Virus record (IMG/VR): IMGVR_UViG_3300021560_000007
Coordinates: 1 to 45,022 of that record
From: a virus
Taxonomy: Duplodnaviria > Caudoviricetes
Strand: one strand, 5' to 3'
DNA length: 45,022 nt
A model generated the notes under the pieces. It saw nothing but the letters and a program-made list of their open reading frames with translations. It searched no databases and was not told where the DNA came from. The position numbers and the translations under genes are program-made. Every line of letters starts with the position of its first letter. The first letter of the stretch is position 1. Positions 27,824-36,642 of this stretch are shown piece by piece.

Positions 27824-28204
27824 TCAGCCTCCGTGAAGAGTGGGCTTCCCGGTGCCGTCGTCCTTGACAGGCGTCGATACGCCCTTGACCTGCTTTTGCT
27901 TTTCGGGCGGCGTATCCAAGGTATCGCCGATCGGAAGCACGCCCTTGTGAAGCACGGGCTTCTGGTCGTCGGGGCGATCGTCGTGTTCACGCATCCATTC
28001 GCTGACGCCCATCGTTTCGATCTCAGCGGATCGTTGACGTTGTTCATCGATGATTGGAGGCGCGTCTTTCATCCTCGCCTGTCGATCGGCTCGAGCCTTA
28101 TCCCGCGCGCTTTCATCGCTGGTGGAAGAAGGAGAAGCGGGCGGCTCATTTTTGGATTGAGTCGCCGGTGTCGCCGAATGTGTGTCCTTAGGAGCTGTTG
28201 CCAT
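27824..28204 (-). CDS. Disordered hypothetical protein
   Basis: MATAPKD...; SD AAGGA; EQRQRSAEIE.MG motif. Confidence 0.65.
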   Translation of the reverse strand: MATAPKDTHSATPATQSKNEPPASPSSTSDESARDKARADRQARMKDAPPIIDEQRQRSAEIETMGVSEWMREHDDRPDDQKPVLHKGVLPIGDTLDTPPEKQKQVKGVSTPVKDDGTGKPTLHGG

Positions 28205-28205
28205 A

Positions 28206-28349
28206 CTATTCGTCCTTTTCCTGTGACTCCTCAATTTCCTCTTGAAGAGTCTCCTGCATCGACTCAAGGTCATTAACAATGTCCTCAAGTTCGATTCCCT
28301 TTGCCTTGGCTTTTTCCACCAAGGTTATGAGTTCCTTCATAAAGTCCAT
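28206..28349 (-). CDS. 47-aa acidic protein (absent from the ORF track)
   Basis: MDFMKELITLVEKAKAKGIELEDIVNDLESMQETLQEEIEESQEKDE*; SD GGAGG. Confidence 0.7.
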   Translation of the reverse strand: MDFMKELITLVEKAKAKGIELEDIVNDLESMQETLQEEIEESQEKDE

Positions 28350-28416
28350 TTCTGCCTCCCTGGAGAATGGGGCGGGATTCTACACCCGCCCCATCGGGCT
28401 CATTCCAAGTGCTGGT

Positions 28417-28836
28417 TCAGAATTTGCCCTCTGCCGTCGAATCGCCCGCGCTCTCGCGCTTCTCAGCGGCGGCTTTCACCGCACCCGAGAGGGCAACCTT
28501 CGGCATTTCGATGTCGACGTCATCGCCGTCGAGATCCTTCAGCTTCCCGTCCTTGCGGGCGATCGTCGCCAGCATGTTGCGAAGCGTCATCACAGCGCGA
28601 CCCTGCGAACCAAGGCGCTTCTCGACGAGCACCTGCTCCCGATAATGATCGATCTTGTCCCCCGGAAGGCTGTTCTCGCGGCAAAGGGCAAAGAAATTCT
28701 CGTACGAGAAGCCGTCCTTGGTCTTGCACTGTTCCTCGATGAACTGGCGCAGGACGTCGTTCTTCGTCTTCCAGCCAGCCGGAACGATCGACTTGCGAAC
28801 CGGCTTCTCAGTGGCTTCGGTGTTTGCGTCACTCAT
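28417..28836 (-). CDS. Early protein, paralog family A copy 3
   Basis: GSQGRAVMTLRNML motif; SD AGGAG; promoter P4. Confidence 0.8.
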   Translation of the reverse strand: MSDANTEATEKPVRKSIVPAGWKTKNDVLRQFIEEQCKTKDGFSYENFFALCRENSLPGDKIDHYREQVLVEKRLGSQGRAVMTLRNMLATIARKDGKLKDLDGDDVDIEMPKVALSGAVKAAAEKRESAGDSTAEGKF

Positions 28837-28878
28837 TTCAACAACTCCTGTTTTAGGCTACTCTAGCCTGACGCGACC

Positions 28879-28907
28879 ATCATACCACGCCGACGCCTGC
28901 CCGTCAA
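28879..28907 (-). promoter_or_regulatory. Sigma70 promoter P4
   Basis: TTGACG-17-TATGAT with GTG extended -10. Confidence 0.8.
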
Positions 28908-28921
28908 GATACCTTTGTACC

Positions 28922-31414
28922 CTAGAACTTATAAGCGCGCATTCCTTTCCACTGAACCGGCTTTTGGCCCACGTTCTCGTTGTTGCCGTAATCCCCTGGC
29001 CCAAATTCAAATTGGGCTTCGAGTGGAATGCCGATTGCATGCTCGAACTTCTCAGTGAGCGTAGCAATGTTCCAGCGAAATCGCAATTTGGTCATATTGC
29101 CGGCTTTCACCCGCTCAATCATATCCAGCTTCTTGAATTCATCCAGAACCCAAGCGCTGCGCACGGATTCGTTCATTTGTTTAATCAATTCAGTGACGTT
29201 CTTATGAAATTCATCAGGAGTGAACGGCGTAGAAATATCCATGTCGGGAAAGAGTTTGCCTGATTCGATTATAGCTTTGGCGATTTTGCGCGGGCCGCTA
29301 ATGTTGTGCAGCATAATATCAGGGTCCCGCGAAGAAGACCACCGAATGTCCTCGATTTCATGGCGATTCAGCTGCATTTGCGAGAACATCTGCATGTAAT
29401 GAGCTTTTACCTCGGGGCGTTTAAGGAATTCCCCAAATTCGTCAAAAAAAGGCTTTTGTCTGAGAGTCCATTCGTTAAATTCCATCTGTGACAAGCCCAT
29501 GAATTCGGGCGTGTAGGCTTTGGTATAGAACAAGGCTCGATCGATAGTGTTTTCGCCGCCCAATCTAACGTTAACGTTGTTTGAGGCGAACATTAGTCGA
29601 GCGAAAATGTTATAATCACGAGCGTCAACTCCTTTAAGCTCGCCATGAGTTCGTGTATTTCGAATCAACAGCTTGATCTCTTCAACTGCGGTGCCGGTCT
29701 TAAATCGCACTTCGTCGGCAAATACGAACATGCGCCCAATAAATGGTGCAACGGAGAAACGCTCCCCGATGATCTTCCCATTTACCATTCCGTGCAAGCT
29801 GCCGAATATCGCGTTGCAAAAGACGTTTCCAATAAAGGATTTGCCAACCCCTTGCCCGCCAACCACCGCCCACGCGATTTGCTGCTTTTCGCCAGGAAAT
29901 TGTATCGTCCAAGCTATCCATTCTTTTATCCATTGGGCCTGCTCCTTCCTGTCGCAGGTTAACCACGCCAGAACTCGATTGAGCTTCGCCTCACACTCAT
30001 CAAGCAGCATGCAATCAATAACCATCGGCGGCTTATAGTCCCATCCTCTCCATGTGTTATATACCAGATGCGAATCTGACCCCTCAAATTCGTCGCCAAC
30101 GAAGCCTTTAGATCGCGAGATTCGGAAAATTTCGCCGGGAGGCTTGACAGGATAAAGATCCGCCTCACCTACTTCAACCCGCATCTTGCTCATTTCGAAC
30201 GATTTGAAGGCCTCCTTCGGCTTGCCGCCAATCATAATCGAATCGGGCTTATGTCGTCGATACAGATCTTCTGCCGAATGCTCATACTTTTCCACCGAAG
30301 CCTTGAAGCGATCGCGGTCGATGTAACGACCATCGGCCTGATTATAGACATAACGATCGACCAGTTTCATCAATATGCTGGTGTCGGTGCCTGGAACACA
30401 GACCGCGCGAAGCGCGATCATTGCTTCTTCGCCTAGAACTTCCTTCAGCGAAGTCCAGCCAGGTATCTTGGCATCTGGATTACGACTTAATTTTTCGCGC
30501 GCGTCCTTGTATACACGCTTACGCATGTAAGACTCTTCATCGCCGGTGGCAACGCATATCAATTCGATGAGGGCTTCGGCAACTTGATCAGAATCGATCG
30601 GGCAGCGAACCTCCTGTGAGAGTTGTTCGCTGGAATTCATCGCGGCGCTCTCATCAACTATTCTGGCAAGCCACCCGTTGAATTTGAGGGCGGTGAGTTG
30701 TCGACTCCCCTCTGTCCATTGAGGTTTAATGATGTAGAGGATGGTTCCGAAAGCAATTGCTCTAAGGATCCAATCAAAATTGACAACTCTTGGAGTTGTG
30801 GTTGTAAGCTCCGACAAAGACTTAGCAACTCGGCCCTTGTCATTCCACCAGACTGACATATCAATTCGACCACTGTCACCGTACAATGAGCCCGGAACAA
30901 CAGTTTGCCGTGCATTTGAGGCTTCGTCTGTCGTAGATCGAATTTCGGTGTAGAACCGCCCGTTTCCAATGCGGACAGCCTTTGGTTCAAATTTCTTGAA
31001 CTCTTCGAAAGACCGCGCTTCCTCCTCCGGTAATTGAACCAGGAAGTGACAAGGTGCTCCGACACTATGGCGTCCAAAAGCAAGCCGGCAGTCAATCCCG
31101 ACATGTTGCATCGCTTGGTGTATACATTTGTTGTATTCGGAATCATCGCTATCAATGTCGATATCGGTCCATCCTTGTTGGAGGTTGAAGCCGACATTGT
31201 CGAATCGGAAAGTTTCGACATCGAGCCAATCCTGCAAGTTAGTGTCAAGATACTTGCTCTTCGCCCAGTTATCATTGGACGGAATCTTACTGCTCGGGCG
31301 CAAGAACACAGCCCCAACTTTAACAACGTCCCTATTGATTTGTGCCGTAATTGCTCGTTGCGTATTTATAACTTCCCATTCGTCAGGGGACAGCAATGCA
31401 GGCATGTCTGTCAT
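28922..31414 (-). CDS. Primase(-polymerase)/SF3-type helicase fusion (NrS-1/DUF5906-like)
   Basis: NVG...DIDID...H prim-pol N-terminus; Walker A GGQGVGKS, FADE, ASN. Confidence 0.85.
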   Translation of the reverse strand: MTDMPALLSPDEWEVINTQRAITAQINRDVVKVGAVFLRPSSKIPSNDNWAKSKYLDTNLQDWLDVETFRFDNVGFNLQQGWTDIDIDSDDSEYNKCIHQAMQHVGIDCRLAFGRHSVGAPCHFLVQLPEEEARSFEEFKKFEPKAVRIGNGRFYTEIRSTTDEASNARQTVVPGSLYGDSGRIDMSVWWNDKGRVAKSLSELTTTTPRVVNFDWILRAIAFGTILYIIKPQWTEGSRQLTALKFNGWLARIVDESAAMNSSEQLSQEVRCPIDSDQVAEALIELICVATGDEESYMRKRVYKDAREKLSRNPDAKIPGWTSLKEVLGEEAMIALRAVCVPGTDTSILMKLVDRYVYNQADGRYIDRDRFKASVEKYEHSAEDLYRRHKPDSIMIGGKPKEAFKSFEMSKMRVEVGEADLYPVKPPGEIFRISRSKGFVGDEFEGSDSHLVYNTWRGWDYKPPMVIDCMLLDECEAKLNRVLAWLTCDRKEQAQWIKEWIAWTIQFPGEKQQIAWAVVGGQGVGKSFIGNVFCNAIFGSLHGMVNGKIIGERFSVAPFIGRMFVFADEVRFKTGTAVEEIKLLIRNTRTHGELKGVDARDYNIFARLMFASNNVNVRLGGENTIDRALFYTKAYTPEFMGLSQMEFNEWTLRQKPFFDEFGEFLKRPEVKAHYMQMFSQMQLNRHEIEDIRWSSSRDPDIMLHNISGPRKIAKAIIESGKLFPDMDISTPFTPDEFHKNVTELIKQMNESVRSAWVLDEFKKLDMIERVKAGNMTKLRFRWNIATLTEKFEHAIGIPLEAQFEFGPGDYGNNENVGQKPVQWKGMRAYKF

Positions 31415-31525
31415 TTTGTGTCCTTTGGCCCTTGATGGGGCGGGCTCTATTGAACTCCGTCGAGTTCGGCCCGCCCCTTAGCTCTCAAGGACACGAAGAG
31501 CTTACGCTTTTACGGCGCAGGTCGC

Positions 31526-31554
31526 ATTATAGCACAGGCCGCGCGGCGTGTCAA
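31526..31554 (-). promoter_or_regulatory. Sigma70 promoter P5
   Basis: TTGACA-17-TATAAT, full consensus, with GTG. Confidence 0.9.
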
Positions 31555-31566
31555 GTACCCCTTGTA

Positions 31567-31767
31567 CTAGTGGATGCGTTCCCGAGAACCGCCATTCTTC
31601 ATTGCATCCAAGATCATTTGCAGATCGACAGCGGTGAAGAACGTCATCAGGTGCTGAACCAAATCAACCGGTGCCCAATTCTGATCCATTGCCTCCTGAA
31701 CAATATTTGCTGCCAATTCGGTGCGGCTCGCGTCCGGCTTCTTTGGCGTTCCGTACCTATTTGGCAT
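31567..31767 (-). CDS. Hypothetical protein
   Basis: 66 aa ORF in the early operon. Confidence 0.55.
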   Translation of the reverse strand: MPNRYGTPKKPDASRTELAANIVQEAMDQNWAPVDLVQHLMTFFTAVDLQMILDAMKNGGSRERIH

Positions 31768-31987
31768 CGATGTCTTCCAACTTAGCGTGGGCCGAATCCA
31801 GCACCACGGAATAGTCCATCCAGACCTTCGCAGTCTTGACGTCCTGCCAATTTGTAGCGATGTGTTCTGCTTTCTCGCCGCAGATAAACGAGAGCTTGCT
31901 GATTACCTCTTTCAGCCCGAATAAGTCTATGAATCCTTCGAGCGATTCAATGTCTATTTTATTCATCTCTGCGTTCATGTGCCTCAT
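31757..31987 (-). CDS. Hypothetical protein
   Basis: 76 aa; LE..ID...L..V...L..IC.EKAEH...NWQD...AK.W motif. Confidence 0.7.
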   Translation of the reverse strand: MRHMNAEMNKIDIESLEGFIDLFGLKEVISKLSFICGEKAEHIATNWQDVKTAKVWMDYSVVLDSAHAKLEDIDAK

Positions 31988-32274
31988 TCCTCATTCATGT
32001 GCTTGCGGGCGTTCTCGAGCCGAATTTGGCTCATCTTCCGAGCCACTTCGGTGGGCTCGAAATTCTTGTGTCGCATCCAGAAGTCCATCTTGCGTTGCGC
32101 GACACGGATTTCGCTGTTGGCTTGTCGCCTGCGCATCTTATCTGTTTCATGCGCGAAAATGTCGCAAAGTATCAGCCAATTCTCATAATGCCGCACGTAA
32201 TATTTTCCAGCGTCGGCGGTGTTGAAATCGACAATGCCGTGGCTCTTACCGCCCGAATAGATGATGAATGGCAT
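31984..32274 (-). CDS. Hypothetical protein
   Basis: 96 aa; R.QA..EI..A.RK.DFW.RH.NF; follows promoter P6. Confidence 0.7.
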   Translation of the reverse strand: MPFIIYSGGKSHGIVDFNTADAGKYYVRHYENWLILCDIFAHETDKMRRRQANSEIRVAQRKMDFWMRHKNFEPTEVARKMSQIRLENARKHMNEE

Positions 32275-32315
32275 TTCGCACCCCTGGTTGCGGCGCGAGG
32301 TCGCGCCGTGCGCTC

Positions 32316-32344
32316 AGTATAGCACACGGCGCGGCTGCTGTCAA
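32316..32344 (-). promoter_or_regulatory. Sigma70 promoter P6
   Basis: TTGACA-17-TATACT with GTG; -10 flanked by a 12/13-bp inverted repeat. Confidence 0.85.
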
Positions 32345-32351
32345 GATTCAG

Positions 32352-32984
32352 TTACGCGATCAGCTTCATAACGCCGCCGAGCATTTCAGGCAGAGCCAAC
32401 GTCCCACCGTTGTCGCGGGCCTTCTTGGCCAGCATGTTCCTGGCCGTCATTCGGAGCCGCCCTTGCCAACCGTGGCTGGTTCGGTTATATTTTTCAAGGC
32501 TCACGTCATTCAGGCGGCAGATTTCATCGAGGAGTTCGATGTTCGTCCCACCGTCGTTCTTGAGCAGCGCATTGAGTTTGAGCGCCAGATCGTCGCCGCA
32601 AGTAGTCGGCGTTCCATTCTCGGCGTAGATTGCGCGATACTTGGATTTAACGACCGATTTGGGCTGAGGCTCTTCCTCCTTTTCGGCCTCTTCAGCGTTG
32701 TCCGCTGCCTCGTCGAATTGTTCGTTCCACTTGTCGAATTCGTTAGTGCCCTCTTCGAACGGACAATCCGCAGCGGTGAATCCGTCCTCGTAAGCTTTCA
32801 TTCCATTGGTAGGAATTTTGTTGATGGTCGGCGGCGGATCTTCCTCGAATTCCTTTGCTACAAGATCGCCTGCGATTGGATCACCTTGAGGCGCGGCGAA
32901 ATCAATGGGATCGATTCGTGCGCCGGTTTCTTTCATTCTCTCAGCCAACTCTTGCTGACGTTGAGCTTTACTTTTTCTAGCCAT
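32352..32984 (-). CDS. Early protein, paralog family A copy 2
   Basis: TSHGWQGRLRMTARNML; acidic N-terminal half; SD AGGAGG; promoter P7. Confidence 0.85.
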   Translation of the reverse strand: MARKSKAQRQQELAERMKETGARIDPIDFAAPQGDPIAGDLVAKEFEEDPPPTINKIPTNGMKAYEDGFTAADCPFEEGTNEFDKWNEQFDEAADNAEEAEKEEEPQPKSVVKSKYRAIYAENGTPTTCGDDLALKLNALLKNDGGTNIELLDEICRLNDVSLEKYNRTSHGWQGRLRMTARNMLAKKARDNGGTLALPEMLGGVMKLIA

Positions 32985-33011
32985 TTCGGCCTCCTGTTTT
33001 CGAACGCGTCC

Positions 33012-33040
33012 ATTTTAACACGCGGGACGCGCCCTGTCAA
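33012..33040 (-). promoter_or_regulatory. Sigma70 promoter P7
   Basis: TTGACA-17-TAAAAT with GTG. Confidence 0.85.
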
Positions 33041-33288
33041 GATTCCTTTGTGCCCGCGAGGTAGGAATCCACCATCGCAAGATGTTTGCACTTGCCATGG
33101 TTTACGTTCCCAGGACAATTGCACCATGTTCCGATGGTGGACTGAACTACCTCATATTCGGATGGGTCGCCGAATTTCGGCGTTTTGATGACGCGAAACA
33201 CTCTTCCAGTGATTCGATCACCGCGAAAGTCGTCAACGACGCGGTTTCCCGCGTCGATGACTTCGTAGTGAGCAACTTGGTGCTTCAC
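33037..33288 (-). CDS. SWIM zinc-finger protein
   Basis: Y.V...CNCPG.....CKH. Confidence 0.7.
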   Translation of the reverse strand: MKHQVAHYEVIDAGNRVVDDFRGDRITGRVFRVIKTPKFGDPSEYEVVQSTIGTWCNCPGNVNHGKCKHLAMVDSYLAGTKES

Positions 33289-33464
33289 TGGCTCGCCTCG
33301 GTCTCAATAGTGACCAATAGCACCTTCACCGGTCCTTCCGGCATCACGTGCTTCTTGATGTATTGAGTATCGACGTAAGGCTGCTTGGGGTCCTCAAGTA
33401 CTTCGCGGTACTTGTAGGTGTTCTTAGTCGCAGTTTCGAACTGCAGCTTGAATGTGATTTTCAC
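33285..33464 (-). CDS. 59-aa hypothetical protein (absent from the ORF track)
   Basis: MKITFKLQFETATKNTYKYRE...YIKK...; GTGA overlaps at both ends. Confidence 0.7.
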   Translation of the reverse strand: MKITFKLQFETATKNTYKYREVLEDPKQPYVDTQYIKKHVMPEGPVKVLLVTIETEASQ

Positions 33465-33859
33465 TGGTTGGATCCCTTCGGCTGGTTGGGTAACATGTAA
33501 CTTGCGTACCCGTCGTTGTCATAGATGCGAAGAATGGAGCCTTCGGCCACCAAACGCACCAGAGCTGGACTTGCCCCAGCTCTCTGGTATCCAGCGGCTT
33601 CGTACGCGTCCAGCAACTGCTTTCTCGTCGTCGCCCCCTTCTTGAGAGCTTCGATGATCGAGGTCGTTGCGGGTTGATCCCGCATGAGGCCCTTTCCCTT
33701 TCGCGGGTTCGTGGGATTCCCTCGGCGCTCTTTCGACTCTTTTGGGCCGATGCTCTCCTCCGTTGTGATGCTGAAATCGTCTACCTCGTTTTCGAGCACT
33801 CCCATTACCGTTGACAACTTGTCTGACGGGATTAGGAAACTAATGCGATATTGCTTCAT
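33461..33859 (-). CDS. Hypothetical protein with winged-helix-like C-terminus
   Basis: IIEALKKG.TT..QL...SPAL.RLV.EG.I.R...G.A.Y. Confidence 0.6.
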   Translation of the reverse strand: MKQYRISFLIPSDKLSTVMGVLENEVDDFSITTEESIGPKESKERRGNPTNPRKGKGLMRDQPATTSIIEALKKGATTRKQLLDAYEAAGYQRAGASPALVRLVAEGSILRIYDNDGYASYMLPNQPKGSNQ

Positions 33860-34182
33860 GTCTCGGTGTCCTTTGTGTGGTAGTTGATGATCTCCTGTTT
33901 AAGTGCTTCCCAAGCAGGAGTGCCTCGGCGGGGTTTGACCCAGCTCATTACAGCGAGTTCTTCTTTGCGAACTCGCCTATCCGCCGCTTGCTGCAGGCGT
34001 TTCTGTGCGCGGAGCATTTCGGTGCATCCACAATGGCATATAATTCCATGATCAACCGCTCTTGTCACCATCACCGAGCAGTAGATCGGAATGTTCAATT
34101 CGTTGACGCCCTTGATCGGCGGCGTCGGTTCCCCCAGAAGCTCGGCTGTCGCCCAATTTCTGTCCCAGAAGTCTTGACTCAT
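33856..34182 (-). CDS. Hypothetical protein
   Basis: 108 aa, CHCGC motif, coupled to the downstream gene. Confidence 0.55.
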   Translation of the reverse strand: MSQDFWDRNWATAELLGEPTPPIKGVNELNIPIYCSVMVTRAVDHGIICHCGCTEMLRAQKRLQQAADRRVRKEELAVMSWVKPRRGTPAWEALKQEIINYHTKDTET

Positions 34183-34340
34183 TTTCTCGTGCCTCGATTT
34201 TTAGCAGTAGTTCATGAAGCCCGAAGTATCGGGAATTTGTGTATTCGTCCCAACCTGTTGCCCACTTTCTTTTATTTTTGTACGCTTCGATGTCGTGCGC
34301 TATTTCACGCAACTTTCTGACTGCCCACGCTCGATTCATT

Positions 34341-34658
34341 TCAGTCAATCCTTGCCATGTCCCAAGAGCCATCCTTTTGAAAGATGGCAACGAATGCGTG
34401 GGGATAGAACACGATGATTTCATCCCTCATTCGAGCCGTCGCCAACGGATGTTGCGGCGGATCTCCTGGGTAGTAAAACACGTGGCCCAGCATCTTTGCT
34501 CTCGAGTTGGTTCGCGATGAATGCCAACCCCCTCCGTGCTTGTAGTTCTTGTCGATTTGCTTCCATGCTGGATCTGGATCGTCTTCATCCAGCCACATAG
34601 GAATGTAGCCTAAATCCACATTTGCATGGGCAAGTTTCCAGCTTGGTCTCTTAGTCAT
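34341..34658 (-). CDS. Hypothetical protein
   Basis: LGYIP.WL...DP.PA..Q...Y.HGGGW...YPGDPP..P...R.E.I.FY...VAI.Q.DG....R.D motif. Confidence 0.7.
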   Translation of the reverse strand: MTKRPSWKLAHANVDLGYIPMWLDEDDPDPAWKQIDKNYKHGGGWHSSRTNSRAKMLGHVFYYPGDPPQHPLATARMRDEIIVFYPHAFVAIFQKDGSWDMARID

Positions 34659-34878
34659 CGTCTTCCTCCTTAGGGTCTTCCTCCGGCTCTGCGTCCGGCA
34701 GGTTCACAATCTCCGGCGGCTTGTCGTCGCCATAGATTCGAATTCGCGTCGGCCACCCCTTTTCACCTTGGACTGTGACCGTGACGTTTTCGCACGATTC
34801 GTCGCGCTGAATTTCGATTTTAACTGCGTTGAAGATTGAGATGCTGTCGACTCGCATCGGGTTCACTAGTCTCTCCAT
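34651..34878 (-). CDS. Hypothetical protein with acidic tail
   Basis: 75 aa, overlaps the next gene. Confidence 0.55.
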   Translation of the reverse strand: MERLVNPMRVDSISIFNAVKIEIQRDESCENVTVTVQGEKGWPTRIRIYGDDKPPEIVNLPDAEPEEDPKEEDDD

Positions 34879-34999
34879 GCTTTCTTGATTGTCCTGACGA
34901 TGCCACTAATCAGACACATTGCTATTCCCCAACCTATCCAGAGAAATAGCAACACTAGCGCTAGCGTCAACGCCGAGGCCAACGCATCCGGGGAATGGT

Positions 35000-35206
35000 T
35001 CATTTGATCCCCTTCCAACGTTCGCTGCGGCGAATGGCGCTGGTTTCCACATAGAGCTTGCTAGCGATGTTCACGCGCACGAACTCGGCGAATTTGGCCG
35101 GTCCCTGCGAATACGCCACCAACACAGCCTTGGCGAATTCGGCCAGCTCTTTCTCGTGCTGGTCTTCGATCATTTCGTCGATTGTTTTCACGTGTGCCTC
35201 ACACAA
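35000..35206 (-). CDS. Hypothetical protein (start uncertain)
   Basis: ORF with SD GAGG before an internal GTG. Confidence 0.5.
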   Translation of the reverse strand: MCEAHVKTIDEMIEDQHEKELAEFAKAVLVAYSQGPAKFAEFVRVNIASKLYVETSAIRRSERWKGIK

Positions 35207-35230
35207 GAAGGGGCGCTTTCGCGCCCCTGT

Positions 35231-35452
35231 TTAGATTGCCTCTGCGCTGATAAGATAGGCGCTTGTCTGCGCCTCTTCGTCGGCGGCTGTAAAGTATTCG
35301 GTGAGCGGCACTTCGCCCTCCCAATTTCGCAGCACCGCTTGTAGAGCTTGAATGACCTGCTCATTTGTCATCGCGCTTGGTTTTCCGTCGCGATTGAGCA
35401 GGCGCAATCCTAGCTCAATTCTCACCTTGTGTGTCGCTTCTTGCATTGCCAT
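35231..35452 (-). CDS. Hypothetical protein
   Basis: 73 aa, SD GGAG, downstream of promoter P8. Confidence 0.65.
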   Translation of the reverse strand: MAMQEATHKVRIELGLRLLNRDGKPSAMTNEQVIQALQAVLRNWEGEVPLTEYFTAADEEAQTSAYLISAEAI

Positions 35453-35488
35453 CTCCGGTTGTTAGCCCATGGCTCGGGCCACGCCCAC

Positions 35489-35517
35489 ATCATAGCACGG
35501 GCGTGGCTCGCTGTCAA
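35489..35517 (-). promoter_or_regulatory. Sigma70 promoter P8
   Basis: TTGACA-17-TATGAT with GTG; -10 flanked by a 9-bp inverted repeat. Confidence 0.85.
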
Positions 35518-35524
35518 TCCCTAT

Positions 35525-36103
35525 TTACGCTGTGAAGTCATCAAGGGATTCAGGAAACCTAGCGAAGTATCGCAATGCATCGCCAACTGTTCTAAACGCC
35601 TTGTTATCTCGGAGCACTACCCAACCGAATTCTGGATCCTTCACGTAATAACCGTCACCTGCTTCCAATTGTATGTCCGGCTCCTCTTTTCTGATTGCAT
35701 CGTAGCTTAATATCAGCACGGTCTTATGCTCGCCGTGTGAATCTCGGATGTAATACGTTCCTTCACCTGTGTCCGGTTGCGCTATATTTATCATCGGCAT
35801 CTCAAGGACGCGTGACTTGGCGAGGGCCTCTTCGCGATTACGAATGACGTCCTCAACCGCGTCCACAAGCTCGGGCTGCGCGTAATGCTCGTACATTCTT
35901 GCGATGCCCATTATGCGCGATTGCTCCTTTACCTTTCCGTAATAATGATTCCCAATTCGGCACATCTTCGCCACCGTTTCTGGGTGGACGCCGAATGCCT
36001 TGGCTAGCACCGAATGGCTCACATTCTTGTGCCAGTGAGCAGCGAAGATGAAACATTGCTTGTGAAATGTCAACTTCGCCGCGAACGGATTGTAGTAGTT
36101 CAT
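35525..36103 (-). CDS. Putative HTH DNA-binding protein
   Basis: VSHSVLAKAFGVHPETVAKM HTH; similar to 19748-20104. Confidence 0.7.
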   Translation of the reverse strand: MNYYNPFAAKLTFHKQCFIFAAHWHKNVSHSVLAKAFGVHPETVAKMCRIGNHYYGKVKEQSRIMGIARMYEHYAQPELVDAVEDVIRNREEALAKSRVLEMPMINIAQPDTGEGTYYIRDSHGEHKTVLILSYDAIRKEEPDIQLEAGDGYYVKDPEFGWVVLRDNKAFRTVGDALRYFARFPESLDDFTA

Positions 36104-36104
36104 T

Positions 36105-36317
36105 TCAGTACCCCGATTCTCTGTCTATGTTGGCGTTCTGGTATTGCTCGTCCTGCAGACTTGCATAGGACTTAGCGTCTTCGACGGAGTTGAATTCGGC
36201 GAGGATTTCTTCGTCTGTCATGCATTCGATGATACAGGACGCGCCGAATGATTCGTTGTAGTGTTCCATCGCCCACGACTTGATATCGTCAACGAATGCT
36301 TGCTGTGCTTTGGTCAT
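36105..36317 (-). CDS. Small acidic hypothetical protein
   Basis: 70 aa, coupled ORF. Confidence 0.7.
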   Translation of the reverse strand: MTKAQQAFVDDIKSWAMEHYNESFGASCIIECMTDEEILAEFNSVEDAKSYASLQDEQYQNANIDRESGY

Positions 36318-36568
36318 CGAATTGTGTACCTTCTTGGTTTGGTTCCGTTGATTTCATACCGGCGACCGAATAAACCATCACACGGCTTGCCGTCGGTTAG
36401 CTTGAGTTCGTACCAGTCCTTGATCTTGATCTTGTACTGACTCTGCACCCATTCTTGGCTACGCGCTGTTATCATCCATTGCGCACCGACCCTATAAATG
36501 GCGAAGCGCATGCTTGCGTTACACCACTTTTCGAATCTTGCCTGTTCAAGAGCCTTTTCGCGTGTCAT
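36314..36568 (-). CDS. Hypothetical protein
   Basis: 84 aa; SD AAGGAGG. Confidence 0.7.
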   Translation of the reverse strand: MTREKALEQARFEKWCNASMRFAIYRVGAQWMITARSQEWVQSQYKIKIKDWYELKLTDGKPCDGLFGRRYEINGTKPRRYTIR

Positions 36569-36642
36569 TTTGGCCTCCTTAGCCTACGCTAACCCATTGC
36601 AGTCCGCTTTGGTGATCGTTTGTCATCATCAAAGCGCCTTCG

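Noticed and set aside
30658-31326. 222-aa alternative-frame ORF inside the primase-helicase gene
   Set aside because: No SD or recognisable domain; composition typical of an off-frame reading
32268-33188. 306-aa plus-strand ORF, and similar antisense ORFs such as 5422-6204, 9514-10227 and 28279-28866
   Set aside because: Shadow frames of well-supported genes on the opposite strand, with no motifs or SD
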